A DNA stretch of 47,642 bases from Candidatus Iainarchaeum sp. (GCA_017609985.1 JAFCCW010000012.1:1-47642); one strand, 5' to 3'. Counted from the first letter of the stretch, positions 10,641 through 20,637 are shown. Translations and numbers: made by a program. Notes: generated by a model not told the origin, from the letters alone.

Positions 10641-11555
10641 TTATTCTTCTTTAGCTTCTCCGATAGCTTCCTCTTTAGCTTCTTCCCGCTCTTCTCCTTT
10701 CGATTTCTTTATCAGCTCAGGTTCAGTTTCTTCTACTTTGCCAGTTTCAAGATTGGCTTCAACCCCATCACCAGCCACAAGCTCAGCACCAACCGCAACT
10801 TCGTCACCAGCTGCAACTTCGTCTTCGCCCAATTCTTTTTTTCCGAGCAAGGAAATAAACACTTCTCCAAAAAATTCATCCTGCCATGCAACAATTCTCC
10901 CGTTGTTCATCAGAAAGAGAACTGGAATAAATGTTCCAACTATGTTTCCCGGCTTGCTGTCTTCCTTGACAAGTTGAGAAAACAAAACCATTCCCTGAGA
11001 ATCTGCCTTCTGTTCAATAAGAGAATAAACTTCATCCATCTTTTCCTCAATGTTTGGAGTTTCCATTGGCAGAGCAAAATTTGGCATTTCAAGTTCTCTT
11101 TTTTTTTCCGCACGCTCTCTTGTCTTTGAAAGAATTCCATCAATCTGCGAAACAAGACTGTCAAGAGAAACTGCCCCCTGCTTTACGCGGTAAGTGGATT
11201 TAAGGTCTGGAAGAATTGACTCCATTCTTGCAATTTCCTCTGGAGAAATTTCTCTCACCGCCTCTTCTTTCTCTTCCTCAATTGAAGAAATCTTCAGAGT
11301 TCTTGCCTTTAGTTTGAGAAGAATTGCAGAAGCAAGAATTGCATTAGCTGGAACACGCAAGTCTTGTTTTTCAAGCAAGCTGATTTTTTTAAGATACTTG
11401 TCAGCAAGCGCACAGACATCAATGTTCCATGGATCCATTCTCTCCTTTTTAACTAAACCAATTATTATAGTTTTCCAGGCAGGAGTGTCAATCAAGTCAA
11501 CAAGATTGATATCGTCTGCATTCTCCGGCAAATCCCCGTAAAACTCTTCAGGCAT
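10641..11555 (-). CDS. scpA: Segregation/condensation protein A (kleisin ScpA)
   Basis: MDPWNIDVCALADKYL, ILLKLKA, FIPVLFL...QDEFFGEVFI motifs, then an acidic low-complexity tail. Confidence 0.9.
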   Translation of the reverse strand: MPEEFYGDLPENADDINLVDLIDTPAWKTIIIGLVKKERMDPWNIDVCALADKYLKKISLLEKQDLRVPANAILASAILLKLKARTLKISSIEEEKEEAVREISPEEIARMESILPDLKSTYRVKQGAVSLDSLVSQIDGILSKTRERAEKKRELEMPNFALPMETPNIEEKMDEVYSLIEQKADSQGMVLFSQLVKEDSKPGNIVGTFIPVLFLMNNGRIVAWQDEFFGEVFISLLGKKELGEDEVAAGDEVAVGAELVAGDGVEANLETGKVEETEPELIKKSKGEEREEAKEEAIGEAKEE

Positions 11556-11655
11556 GAATAAAGTAAAGCAATTGAACTTAAAAAGTGTTTTCTTATGCCT
11601 TCAGGAACAGGAAAAGATTAAAAAACTCTAAAGCACTTGTAATAAACGTGATTCA

Positions 11656-12366
11656 ATGGAGAAAATAAAAAGTGGAATTCCAGGGCTAGACGAGCTTCTT
11701 GGAGGTGGCTTTCCAAAAGGAAGCAGCATCCTACTAGGAGGAGGCGCAGGAACTGGAAAAACAATAATGGGAATGCAATATCTCTACAACGGAGCAACAG
11801 AGTTTGACGAGCCAGGCTTGTTTGTAACGCTTGAAAGCAATGTCAAGAATATCACTTGGAATATGGAAAGCTTCAACTGGGATATTAGAAAATTACAAAA
11901 CGAACAGAAGCTAAGCATTTACAGATTAAATCTGGGATACACTGCAGACAAAAAATTAATCGAAGGAAAAATAAATGATGAATTGAAAGTAATTTCTTCA
12001 ATGGTAAAGGAAATTAAAGCAAAAAGACTGGTTATTGATTCAACAACTGCTTTTGGAATGTGGCTAAACAATGAGATGCTGAGAAGCATGCTATTCAAAT
12101 TTGCAGACTCACTAAAAGAACTAAACTGCACAACCTTACTGACTTCAGAAACAAAGGGAGGCAAGGTAGACTTCTCAGCATATGGAGTTGAAGAATTTGT
12201 TGTTGACGGAGTGCTGGCACTCTATTTTTATCCACCTCACAGAAGTATTTTTGTGAGAAAAATGAGGGGAACAAATCACGACAAAAACGTGCACCCATTT
12301 GAAATATCTGCAAAGGGAATAGACATAAAGCACAAAGAAACAGTGATGTGGGAAGCACTCAAATAA
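11656..12366 (+). CDS. KaiC/RAD55-family RecA-fold ATPase (single domain)
   Basis: SGIPGLDELLGGGFP, GGAGTGKT, RLVIDS, VRKMRGT motifs. Confidence 0.92.
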   Translation: MEKIKSGIPGLDELLGGGFPKGSSILLGGGAGTGKTIMGMQYLYNGATEFDEPGLFVTLESNVKNITWNMESFNWDIRKLQNEQKLSIYRLNLGYTADKKLIEGKINDELKVISSMVKEIKAKRLVIDSTTAFGMWLNNEMLRSMLFKFADSLKELNCTTLLTSETKGGKVDFSAYGVEEFVVDGVLALYFYPPHRSIFVRKMRGTNHDKNVHPFEISAKGIDIKHKETVMWEALK

Positions 12367-12382
12367 GCTATTTAACAAACAA

Positions 12383-12422
12383 TTAATTTAACAGATAGTT
12401 AATTTAACAGATAGTTAATTTA
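12383..12422. repeat. Tandem repeat, 16-bp unit TTAATTTAACAGATAG x2.5
   Basis: Copies start at 12383, 12399 and 12415 (partial), between convergent genes. Confidence 0.85.
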
Positions 12423-12430
12423 GCAAACAG

Positions 12431-13675
12431 TTAAGTTCCTTCTTCCCAGCTTTCAAGATACTTTTTCTGCTCTGCAGTAAGCTCGTCTTTCTTAATGCCC
12501 ATTGCTTCAAGCTTGAGCTTGGCAATCTCATTATCAATCTCTCTTGGAAGAATATGAACTGCAGAATCTAGATTGTTTTTCACAACATACTCTACTGCAA
12601 GAGCCTGACCGCAGAAGCTAAGGTCCATTACCTCGCTTGGATGACCCTCAGCACAAGCAAGGTTAACAAGCCTGCCTTCACCGCACAAATAAATTTTCTT
12701 TTTTCCAAAATTAAAGCACTGAAGACCAGGCCTTGTTTGTTCAACAGCCTGAGCTTTTTCCTTCATTGCCTTTACATCAATTTCTAAATCAAAATGACCA
12801 GAATTTGCAAGAACTGCACCAGCCTTCATTTTTTCAACATGCTCCATTCTGATGACATGCTTGTCGCCAGTAACAGTAATAAAAACATCTCCAATTGAAG
12901 AAGCATTCAAAAGAGGCATTACACGATAACCGTCCATCTTTGCCTGCAATGCCTTAAGAAAATCAACCTCACAAACAACTACATTTGAACCCATGCCTCT
13001 AGCTCTTGCAGCAACTCCCCGCCCACAGTCACCATAACCACAGACAACAAATGTTTTGCCTGCAAACAGCATGTTTGTTGCCCGCAATATTCCGTCAAGA
13101 GTACTCTGACCAGTCCCATAAAAATTGTCAAACAAGTGCTTTGTGTGATTGTCGTTAACAGCAATAACAGGATATTTTAGAGCAGAATCCTTTTCCATTG
13201 CCCTAAGGCGAATGACTCCAGTGGTTGTTTCCTCAGTGCCCCCTTTAATATCCTTTATCATAGACGAATGATTTTTGTGAATTTCGCTAACAAGATCACA
13301 GCCATCGTCAATTGTGACAGTTGGCTTAAAGTCAATAACATGGTTCAGGTTTTCATAGTACTCTTCCCCTGTCTCGTGCTTCCAAGCAAAAACATCAAAA
13401 CCATCTTTTGCAAGAGCAGCAGCAACATCGTCCTGTGTGCTCAATGGATTACATCCTGTTATTGCAATTTCTGCACCGCCTGCTCGAAGAGTTTTGAGAA
13501 GAACAGCAGTCTCTTTTGTAACGTGAAGGGCTAAGCCAACCTTTACCCCCTTTAGAGGCTGTTCTTTTTCAAAACGCTTTTTTACCTCTTCAAGAGCAAG
13601 CATCTGCGACTCAGCATACTCAATATTCTTAAACCCCTGTTCAGCGAGTTTGATGTCTTTTACCTTGTGTGCCAT
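12431..13675 (-). CDS. ahcY: Adenosylhomocysteinase
   Basis: GCNPLSTQD, DDGCD, EETTTG, KHLFDNFYGTGQS, GRLVNL..AEGHP motifs. RBS supports the MAHK start. Confidence 0.97.
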   Translation of the reverse strand: MAHKVKDIKLAEQGFKNIEYAESQMLALEEVKKRFEKEQPLKGVKVGLALHVTKETAVLLKTLRAGGAEIAITGCNPLSTQDDVAAALAKDGFDVFAWKHETGEEYYENLNHVIDFKPTVTIDDGCDLVSEIHKNHSSMIKDIKGGTEETTTGVIRLRAMEKDSALKYPVIAVNDNHTKHLFDNFYGTGQSTLDGILRATNMLFAGKTFVVCGYGDCGRGVAARARGMGSNVVVCEVDFLKALQAKMDGYRVMPLLNASSIGDVFITVTGDKHVIRMEHVEKMKAGAVLANSGHFDLEIDVKAMKEKAQAVEQTRPGLQCFNFGKKKIYLCGEGRLVNLACAEGHPSEVMDLSFCGQALAVEYVVKNNLDSAVHILPREIDNEIAKLKLEAMGIKKDELTAEQKKYLESWEEGT

Positions 13676-13715
13676 TTGTTCACCAAAATAAATCATTAAA
13701 GGAAAAGGTTAAATA

Positions 13716-14711
13716 TCATAGCTTTTTAGAATAAGATTTTGCAAGAGAAAGATATGATTTGCACTCTTCAAGCGCTTTTCTCTTTTCTTCACCCTCGACT
13801 TGCATTGCTCGCAATCCAGCAACTTTTGCGCGCACATTTGCGCGATAGCACTTGTAGAGCGAGAGGAGAGAAAGAGCCTGTTTATCCCCTGAAAGAGAAA
13901 CATATTCTTCAAGAAAGCAATCAGCTAAATCCTTTCTTCCCCTAAACTCCAAGTCCATCAGCAGGAAGGCAATATCGTTTGCAGTATCAATGTTCATGAA
14001 GTCTTCGTTGAATTCAATGCAGTCAAAAACATTGACTTTGTCATCAAGAAAGATATTGGCTGCGTGAAGGTCACCGTGACAAACGCGAACAAAACCGGAG
14101 GAAACACGCTCTTCAAACAAGTCTTTGTTTGAATCAATAAATTTCTTGCTTGCTTCAAGAATTGAAGTTATTGCCGAAGACATTTCCTTGTCACTGGAGA
14201 TAACTTCCTGAATGATTGAAAGATTTTCAATGTCACCCCATACTCTCTTTGGATTGCCATACAAACCAGTCTGAATTGCTTCCGCAGCTGAATGAAAGCT
14301 GGAAATCTTTTCAGCTAGTTCTTTCATATTTTCTTGAGAAACATTTTTGTTGTCAAGCAAGACATCCATTTTATTTTCCTGGGACAACTGTTTCATTTTT
14401 ACAAAATATTCAACAGGAGTTCCTGAATTGAAAAAAAGTTTGCCATCTTGTTCGCCCACAAAACCGGTTCCAAGATATATTTCAGGAGAAAGCCTTTTGT
14501 TCAGCTTAACTTCTCGTTCACAAAAATGTTTTCTTTTTTCAAGAGTTGAAAAATCAAGAAAAGGAAATTTTACTTGTTTTTTAAACTTGAAAACAAAGTC
14601 GCCAGTGAGAAAAACATTGGAAATATGAGTTTCAATGTTTTGAATGTCTGAAACCGGAAAAGAATAAGACTCTGGGTTCAAAAGAAAATCCTTTACTCTG
14701 GCTTGATCCAT
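13716..14711 (-). CDS. Aminoglycoside phosphotransferase-like kinase (COG2187 type)
   Basis: ETHIS, FLDFSTLEKRKHFCEREVKLNKRL, CHGDLHAANI, FDCIEFN, YRANVRAKV motifs. Confidence 0.88.
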   Translation of the reverse strand: MDQARVKDFLLNPESYSFPVSDIQNIETHISNVFLTGDFVFKFKKQVKFPFLDFSTLEKRKHFCEREVKLNKRLSPEIYLGTGFVGEQDGKLFFNSGTPVEYFVKMKQLSQENKMDVLLDNKNVSQENMKELAEKISSFHSAAEAIQTGLYGNPKRVWGDIENLSIIQEVISSDKEMSSAITSILEASKKFIDSNKDLFEERVSSGFVRVCHGDLHAANIFLDDKVNVFDCIEFNEDFMNIDTANDIAFLLMDLEFRGRKDLADCFLEEYVSLSGDKQALSLLSLYKCYRANVRAKVAGLRAMQVEGEEKRKALEECKSYLSLAKSYSKKL

Positions 14712-15211
14712 TTTAACACTCGCTCAAATTTTTCCTGATCTTTAAGAAAACAGTCAATTACAAGATGCTGTTCCTCAATCGGTTCAAAGTTTTCTTCAAC
14801 AAGCTTGTAAATTTCAATGTTGTCAGCATCGCTTGCCCTGCATTCTATCTTTTTCTTTCTCTTTTCAAGTCTTTTTTTGATTGTTTCCTCATCACACCTG
14901 CATTCAACAAAAAAGATTTCCAAAGAAGCAGACTCAGCAATGTCGGAAACAACATTTCTCAAACCCTTGCGATAGAAAGTTCCGTCAAGGACAACATCTT
15001 GTTCAGATGAAACAAGCTTTCTTGTTCTGTTCATGAGCTCTTCATAAACCTGTTTTTTTTCAGCATCAGAATAATCTGGGCTTTCAATTGTTTCCCTGCG
15101 AATAATGTCTGTGTTAAGATGAACAGCACCTATTCGTTCAGCAATATTTCTCGCAAGAAAACTTTTTCCGGTTGCTGGAAGACCACAGAATACAACAATC
15201 ATTTCACTCAC
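14693..15211 (-). CDS. P-loop kinase, AAA_33/COG0645 type
   Basis: GLPATGKS, TDIIRR, VVLDGTF, ASDA motifs. Confidence 0.85.
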   Translation of the reverse strand: MSEMIVVFCGLPATGKSFLARNIAERIGAVHLNTDIIRRETIESPDYSDAEKKQVYEELMNRTRKLVSSEQDVVLDGTFYRKGLRNVVSDIAESASLEIFFVECRCDEETIKKRLEKRKKKIECRASDADNIEIYKLVEENFEPIEEQHLVIDCFLKDQEKFERVLKWIKPE

Positions 15212-15857
15212 TCAAGCCAGAGAGAACCTCTCGCACCTTAACCATGTTCTCATCAATTGTTCCACTGCAATCAATCTCGGTTAGAAGAGATTTTTTTTTG
15301 TAAAACTCAACAAGCGGAGCAGTGCTTTCCTCGTAAATCCTGAGCCTGTCTTTGATTACAGCAGGCTTGTCGTCCTCTCGCTGGAATAATTCTCCAAAGC
15401 AAATATCACATTTTCCCTCTTCTTTTGGGGGAATGTTTTTCAGATGATAAACTTTTCCGCACTGCTTGCAAGAACGCCTTCCCGAAAGTCTTTCAATGAT
15501 TATTTCTTCAGAAGCAGTTAGGTAAAGAACAGAATCAAGTTTTTTGCTGAATTTTTCAAGAGTTTCGTCAAGAAGTTTTCCCTGCTCCATTGTTCTTGGA
15601 AAACCATCAAGGATAAAACCAGAGTCAAGGTCTCCAGAAGCAAACTTTCCCTCCACCAACTTTGCAACAATCTCATCAGAGACAAGCGCGCCAGATTCAG
15701 CAACAGCTTTTATTTCCTTTCCAAGCTCGGTCTCTGCTTTTATTTCTGCACGAATAAGGTCTCCAGTGGAAACCTGCTTTGCTCCAAATTCGTCCTCAAC
15801 TCTTTGCGCAACAGTTCCCTTGCCAACACCGGGAGCTCCTAAAAAAACAAGATTCAA
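15204..15857 (-). CDS. adk: Adenylate kinase (bacterial type with Zn-binding LID)
   Basis: GAPGVGKGT, STGDLIR, FILDGFPRT, CxxC...CxxC LID, QREDD motifs. Confidence 0.96.
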   Translation of the reverse strand: MNLVFLGAPGVGKGTVAQRVEDEFGAKQVSTGDLIRAEIKAETELGKEIKAVAESGALVSDEIVAKLVEGKFASGDLDSGFILDGFPRTMEQGKLLDETLEKFSKKLDSVLYLTASEEIIIERLSGRRSCKQCGKVYHLKNIPPKEEGKCDICFGELFQREDDKPAVIKDRLRIYEESTAPLVEFYKKKSLLTEIDCSGTIDENMVKVREVLSGLSE

Positions 15858-15952
15858 AAAATACCACCTCTAAAAAAAGAAATAAACAGAAGAGATTTAA
15901 AGCATACCAGATTTAAGGAAAGTTTTTATATAAGCTTGAACATTTTTTTAGC

Positions 15953-16834
15953 ATGCCAAAGCCAGGAAGATTTAGTCAAAGACGTGTAAAGCCTGTTCCA
16001 ATGACCCCTGAAGAAGCTCGGAAGCAAGCAGCAGAACAGGCTGCTTCAAGAGAAGAAGCTGTAAAGAAAGAATTTGAAGCAAGAGGGCAAAGCAGAGGTA
16101 AGTTTAAAGGAGGTCTTATTGGCACAGCAGCAGGAATTGCTGGAAGCCTTCTCTGGAGCGGAGCAAAGGAAGAAATCCACAGAGAGAATCAGGGTCCGCC
16201 CGCAACAGTTCTTGAAGCACAAAGGCTAAATGAACAGGGAACAAAATACGGCTCTTTTTGGGCTGAATCACTTAAGAGAAGAAGAATGAGTCTCAATCCA
16301 GAAAGGCTTGCAGAAATTGAAGACACATTGCTTCCAAGACTGTCAGTAAAGCTTGATCCAAGAGTAAAGAAAAACCCGAAAACAGCAGAATGGGTAAAGA
16401 TTGAACGACTTCTTGAATTTGTAAAAAACCTTGATGCAAACAAAAAGAGAAGAGATTTTTATTCAACACCAATAATTGACAGAAATGGAATAAGGATTGA
16501 CAGTTCAGACCACAGCAATTATGAAAGAATGCTCAATAACCAGCTTCCAAGAACAGAAACATATTTGGGAGAAAGGGGAAAAGAAAAACTTGAGAATGCA
16601 ATGGACATAAGCTGGTTTTTTGGAACAGAACAAGGATACAAAATTTACAGAGCACTAAAGAGAGTGGAAGCTAAAAAGGCCCAGTCCGAGACAAGACAAC
16701 AGGCAGTCAGAACAACCAGGGGCGAACAATCCAGAACCCGAAGAGACACTGCAAGAGGACAGAGACAACAGTCAAGTGCAAGACAAGCAAACATTAGAGG
16801 AAGACAGAATCCAAACTCAAGGTCAAGAACCTAG
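15953..16834 (+). CDS. Hypothetical orphan protein (Gly-rich hydrophobic helix, Arg/Gln-rich tail)
   Basis: 293-aa ORF filling the gap between adk and trm5, preceded by a BRE/TATA-like GAAAGTTTTTATATAA. Confidence 0.75.
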   Translation: MPKPGRFSQRRVKPVPMTPEEARKQAAEQAASREEAVKKEFEARGQSRGKFKGGLIGTAAGIAGSLLWSGAKEEIHRENQGPPATVLEAQRLNEQGTKYGSFWAESLKRRRMSLNPERLAEIEDTLLPRLSVKLDPRVKKNPKTAEWVKIERLLEFVKNLDANKKRRDFYSTPIIDRNGIRIDSSDHSNYERMLNNQLPRTETYLGERGKEKLENAMDISWFFGTEQGYKIYRALKRVEAKKAQSETRQQAVRTTRGEQSRTRRDTARGQRQQSSARQANIRGRQNPNSRSRT

Positions 16835-16844
16835 GATTTTTTTT

Positions 16845-17891
16845 CTATTCAATCCTGAAATCTATTACAACCTGAACATCTTTCGGAGAGAAAGAGCGCA
16901 CCTTTTTTTTGTAAAGAATTTTTATCTTGCGATTAAATTTCTTTGCTGTCTTCTCAATTCTTTCAAGAGGAGACTTGAATGGATTGTCCGCTGGCTCAAA
17001 CTGGTAAAAGTGAATTACTCCTCCCCCTGGTTTGAGAGCGAGGAAGGCAGATTCAAGAAAGTGCTCGCCTCCCTTTGGCAAAGGCATTGTTACCCGATCA
17101 CACTTGCCAACAAGCTGTTCGGGAACGACCTTGTTCACATCCCCGGGAATTGGAAAAACTTTTTCTTCACACTTATTCAAAGCAATGTTTTGCTTCATGT
17201 CCTTTACAGCATCAGGATTTAGCTCAACTGCAAAGGCTTTCTTCATTGGAGAATTTTTTGCAAAGACTATTGGAAATGGACCAACTCCGGCAAAGAATGC
17301 TCCAACTTCCTCCCCCTCCTTTATCTGCTTTGAGATTCTAAAGCGTTCGGTCCCAAGCCGCGGAGAGAAAAAAGATTTTGCAAGGTCAAGCTTGAAAACA
17401 CAGCCATGCTCTTTGTAAGTAGCAACAGTTGTTTTTTTTCCAGCAATTGGCTTGACTGGTTGAATCCTGAATTCGCCCTGGTGTGCTCCTGAAATCTTCA
17501 AGACAGTTTCAATGTTTGTATTTACTTCAATTATGGCTTTCCCGATTTCTTTTTGTTTATGTTCAAGCTCTTCCGGAATCTCAATAACCGCAGTATTGCC
17601 AACAGTGTCAAAGCTAGTGATTAAATGCTTTTTTTCTTCAGGCGAAAGCATGTTCTTAAGCGCGTCCTTTAGTGAACGAGGCTTGCGATTGTTTTCAGCA
17701 AAGTCTGTTTCAACAAGCTCTGCTGTTTTGAATTTCTTAGCAAGCAGTGAAGCAGAAGGTTTTTTGGAAAGAGGAAAAACAACACAGGTTTTGGTTTTCT
17801 TAAACAATTTGTTTCTGTCAATTAGGTTTAGGTCTGCGAGAGACTGTTTTACTTTTTGCACTTGCTTAAGAGGAACTTTCAATCCATACAT
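16845..17891 (-). CDS. trm5: tRNA (guanine-N1, G37) methyltransferase, Trm5/Met-10 family
   Basis: Start MYGLKV at 17891. SFDTVG, KEHGCVF, FFSPRLGTER, FAGVGPF, ELNPDA motifs. Confidence 0.88.
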   Translation of the reverse strand: MYGLKVPLKQVQKVKQSLADLNLIDRNKLFKKTKTCVVFPLSKKPSASLLAKKFKTAELVETDFAENNRKPRSLKDALKNMLSPEEKKHLITSFDTVGNTAVIEIPEELEHKQKEIGKAIIEVNTNIETVLKISGAHQGEFRIQPVKPIAGKKTTVATYKEHGCVFKLDLAKSFFSPRLGTERFRISKQIKEGEEVGAFFAGVGPFPIVFAKNSPMKKAFAVELNPDAVKDMKQNIALNKCEEKVFPIPGDVNKVVPEQLVGKCDRVTMPLPKGGEHFLESAFLALKPGGGVIHFYQFEPADNPFKSPLERIEKTAKKFNRKIKILYKKKVRSFSPKDVQVVIDFRIE

Positions 17892-17929
17892 TAAAGCATT
17901 TAAAAGGGTTAACAGTTTAAATAATACCG

Positions 17930-18760
17930 ATGTTGGAAGAATTATGGTTTGAGTATTTTTGCAAGCCAGCAATAGAGCACGGGGGCTACAATTTAGTGAA
18001 CACACTCGTGTACGGCGCGATTCTTCTGGCGATTGCCTTCTTTGTAGTTTTTCCACTTCTTGACAAAAAAGAAATCAAATTCGATTTCAAGTTTGCAGTT
18101 GCATTGCTTCCGTATATTCTTCTGGGAAGCAGTTTCAGAGTACTGGAGGACTTGAGACTGCTTGAGAGGTCCTGCAATCCACTTGAAGCTGGATTTTATA
18201 CTTATACTCCCGGAATTTACATTGCAATTTTTGCGCTCGTGATTGCAGCAATTGCTGTTTCAAGAATTGCTTCAAAGAAATTTGAGAAAAATTTTTACAA
18301 AGTATTTGGAGGAATCGGGTTACTGCTTGCTCTGCCGATAATCGGGTTTGAAATTCTTCAGTTCCAGGCGTGGCTTGGCTTTCTCGGAATTATTGCAATG
18401 ACTGCTGGGATTTCATGGATTGTTGTAAAAGCAACTGAGAGATTCAGGAAAGGATTTTTTTCAAGCAAGCTGAATATGCTTGCACTCGGAGGGCAGGTTC
18501 TTGATGGCTCAGCAACATTTGTTGCAACACAGTTTTTCAGGTGCGGAGAACAGCACGTGCTGAGCGATATTGTGCTCCAGCTTTTCCCGTTCGGTTTTGT
18601 GCTTGTGAAAATTGGATTAATTCTTGCAATCCTGCACTATGTTGACAGAGAAATTCAAAACGAGAATTTGCGAAACTTTATAAAATTGTTTTTGATAATT
18701 CTTGGATTTGCAACAGGGTTACGGGACTTGATGACCCTGGGTGTAGGAACCTGTTTGTAG
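17930..18760 (+). CDS. DUF63 family membrane protein
   Basis: GYNLVNTLVY, RVLED, LDGSAT, EQHVLS, LGFATGLRD motifs. Confidence 0.85.
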   Translation: MLEELWFEYFCKPAIEHGGYNLVNTLVYGAILLAIAFFVVFPLLDKKEIKFDFKFAVALLPYILLGSSFRVLEDLRLLERSCNPLEAGFYTYTPGIYIAIFALVIAAIAVSRIASKKFEKNFYKVFGGIGLLLALPIIGFEILQFQAWLGFLGIIAMTAGISWIVVKATERFRKGFFSSKLNMLALGGQVLDGSATFVATQFFRCGEQHVLSDIVLQLFPFGFVLVKIGLILAILHYVDREIQNENLRNFIKLFLIILGFATGLRDLMTLGVGTCL

Positions 18761-18770
18761 GTGAAGAAAA

Positions 18771-19532
18771 ATGCTTTACTTGATTGGAATCGGACTGAAA
18801 CCAGAGCACTTGACTGAAGAAGCTCTTGAAGCAATAGGCAAGTGCGAGAAAGTTTTCCTTGAAAGCTATACCTCGGTTTACAGTGAGGGTTCAGCACTGA
18901 AACTGGAGGAGAGAATCGAAAAGAAAACAGAGAAGCTATTCCGAGACAATGTTGAACAGGGACTGGGAGAAGTGCTTGAGGAAGCAAAACTTAAGGATGT
19001 GGCATTGCTGGTTTATGGGAATGCATTGAGTGCAACAACTCACACACAAATCCTTCTTGACGCAAAAAAAGAAAAAGTCAGCGTGAAAGTAATTCCGGGA
19101 ATAAGCATTTTTGATTTCTTGGGAAAAACAGGGTTAAGCCAGTACAAGTTTGGAAAAGCAGTCACGATTGTGAGAAAACAGGAAAATTATGCACCTGAAA
19201 GTTTTTACGATGGGATTGTTAAAAACAAGAAGGCTGGAATGCATACACTATGCCTTCTCGACATTGAAATTGAAGGACACCACGAACAGCTGATGAGCGT
19301 GAAGGCAGGAGTGAAAAGAATTCTGGAAATTGAAAAAAGCAGAAAGAAAAACGAGCTGAAAAAAGCAGAATTTGTTGCAATCTCCAAGGCAGGAAGCAGT
19401 GAAGAAAAAATCCTGTTCGGCAATGCAAAAAAGATGATGGAATCATTTCTTGACACGCCAGCCTCATTGATTGTTTGTGCAGACTTAAGTGAAAAAGAAC
19501 GAGAGTTTTTGGAGGAATTTTATGCAAAATGA
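18771..19532 (+). CDS. dph5: Diphthine synthase
   Basis: MLYLIGIGL, LESYTS, ATTH, YKFGK, HTLCLLDI motifs. Confidence 0.95.
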   Translation: MLYLIGIGLKPEHLTEEALEAIGKCEKVFLESYTSVYSEGSALKLEERIEKKTEKLFRDNVEQGLGEVLEEAKLKDVALLVYGNALSATTHTQILLDAKKEKVSVKVIPGISIFDFLGKTGLSQYKFGKAVTIVRKQENYAPESFYDGIVKNKKAGMHTLCLLDIEIEGHHEQLMSVKAGVKRILEIEKSRKKNELKKAEFVAISKAGSSEEKILFGNAKKMMESFLDTPASLIVCADLSEKEREFLEEFYAK

Positions 19533-19806
19533 GTTGAAAGAAAAAGTCAAAAAATACAGGGCTTTGACTGAAAGAGCTCTTGAAGAAATTGAGTTAATGA
19601 AAGAGCTTGAAGAAAAAGATGAAAAAATCGCAAAAGACTTTCTTTCAATGTGCAAAAACTATCTGGAAGACGGAAAACACTTTCAGGAAACAGGCGATTT
19701 GCTGACTGCTCTTGCATCATTTTCTTATTCTCATGCCTGGCTGGATGCAGGGGTGCGAGCAAAACTGTTGAAAGCAGAGGACGACCAGCTGTTTACTCTT
19801 CCCTAA
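19522..19806 (+). CDS. DUF357 domain protein
   Basis: YLEDGKHF...GDLLTALASFSYSHAWLDAGVR motif. Adjacent to dph5, as is common in archaea. Confidence 0.88.
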   Translation: MQNELKEKVKKYRALTERALEEIELMKELEEKDEKIAKDFLSMCKNYLEDGKHFQETGDLLTALASFSYSHAWLDAGVRAKLLKAEDDQLFTLP

Positions 19807-19854
19807 AGATAACAAATGTTTAAATAAACAAATTCCCTTATTGAAAAGGTTTTT

Positions 19855-20331
19855 ATGGGAATTTATGATGAAAAAAAATTTGCTTTTCCAGGGCTAAAAC
19901 TTGACCCTTCAAAGAAATATGTTCAGGTAATCGCAATTGCTATTGCATTGATTGTGCTACTCGTTGTTGTTTCAACAGCTTCAAACTTTTTGAAACCAGA
20001 CCCATTTAAGCTCATGTTTTCAAACAACCCGCTTGACCTTTCAAAAGAATACAATAGCATGCTGAAAGTAAAGATTTCAAACGTGACAGGGGAAAGAGCA
20101 GAGAACGTGATTGTAAGAGTTTCTCCAGAAGACAATGTTTCCCTGCTCGTGTTTCCAACAGAACAGGAAATTCCAGTGCTGGAAAAGGGCGGGGAAAGAG
20201 AACTTCTTTTTACAATAAGACCTGATCCAAGAATTGACATACTGCAGGGAGCCTACAAGATAAAGGTTTCAACAGTTTTGAATGGAGAAGAATACAGCAA
20301 AAGCGCAAAAGTCTATATTAGAACTGTTTGA
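19855..20331 (+). CDS. Membrane-anchored protein with Ig-like beta-sandwich domain
   Basis: One TM helix followed by VKISN..GE.A.NV / GAYKIKV beta-rich domain. Confidence 0.65.
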   Translation: MGIYDEKKFAFPGLKLDPSKKYVQVIAIAIALIVLLVVVSTASNFLKPDPFKLMFSNNPLDLSKEYNSMLKVKISNVTGERAENVIVRVSPEDNVSLLVFPTEQEIPVLEKGGERELLFTIRPDPRIDILQGAYKIKVSTVLNGEEYSKSAKVYIRTV

Positions 20332-20332
20332 A

Positions 20333-20608
20333 TCAGCGGATTGAAAAAAAAGAAAAATCTTTTTTTGGCTTTTCCCACACAAGATCAACTTTTTCAACAT
20401 CTGATGATAGGGGGCCACGGTAGAGAAGTGAAACAAATTCCTCCGCCTGCTTTGGCTCTGCTTCACCAACAACCTCGACAGTGCCGTCGGGAAGGTTTTT
20501 TGAAAAACCTTTAACATTCAGGCGCCTTGCCTCTCGTTGGGTGAAAAACCTAAAGCCAACGCCCTGCACCCTGCCGTGGATGACTGCGCGGAATCTCTTA
20601 AGAGCCAT
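20333..20608 (-). CDS. acyP: Acylphosphatase
   Basis: GRVQGVGFR and NLPDGTVE signatures. Confidence 0.95.
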   Translation of the reverse strand: MALKRFRAVIHGRVQGVGFRFFTQREARRLNVKGFSKNLPDGTVEVVGEAEPKQAEEFVSLLYRGPLSSDVEKVDLVWEKPKKDFSFFSIR

Positions 20609-20637
20609 GCAAAAAGAAAGAAAAAAGTGCTTTTAAA

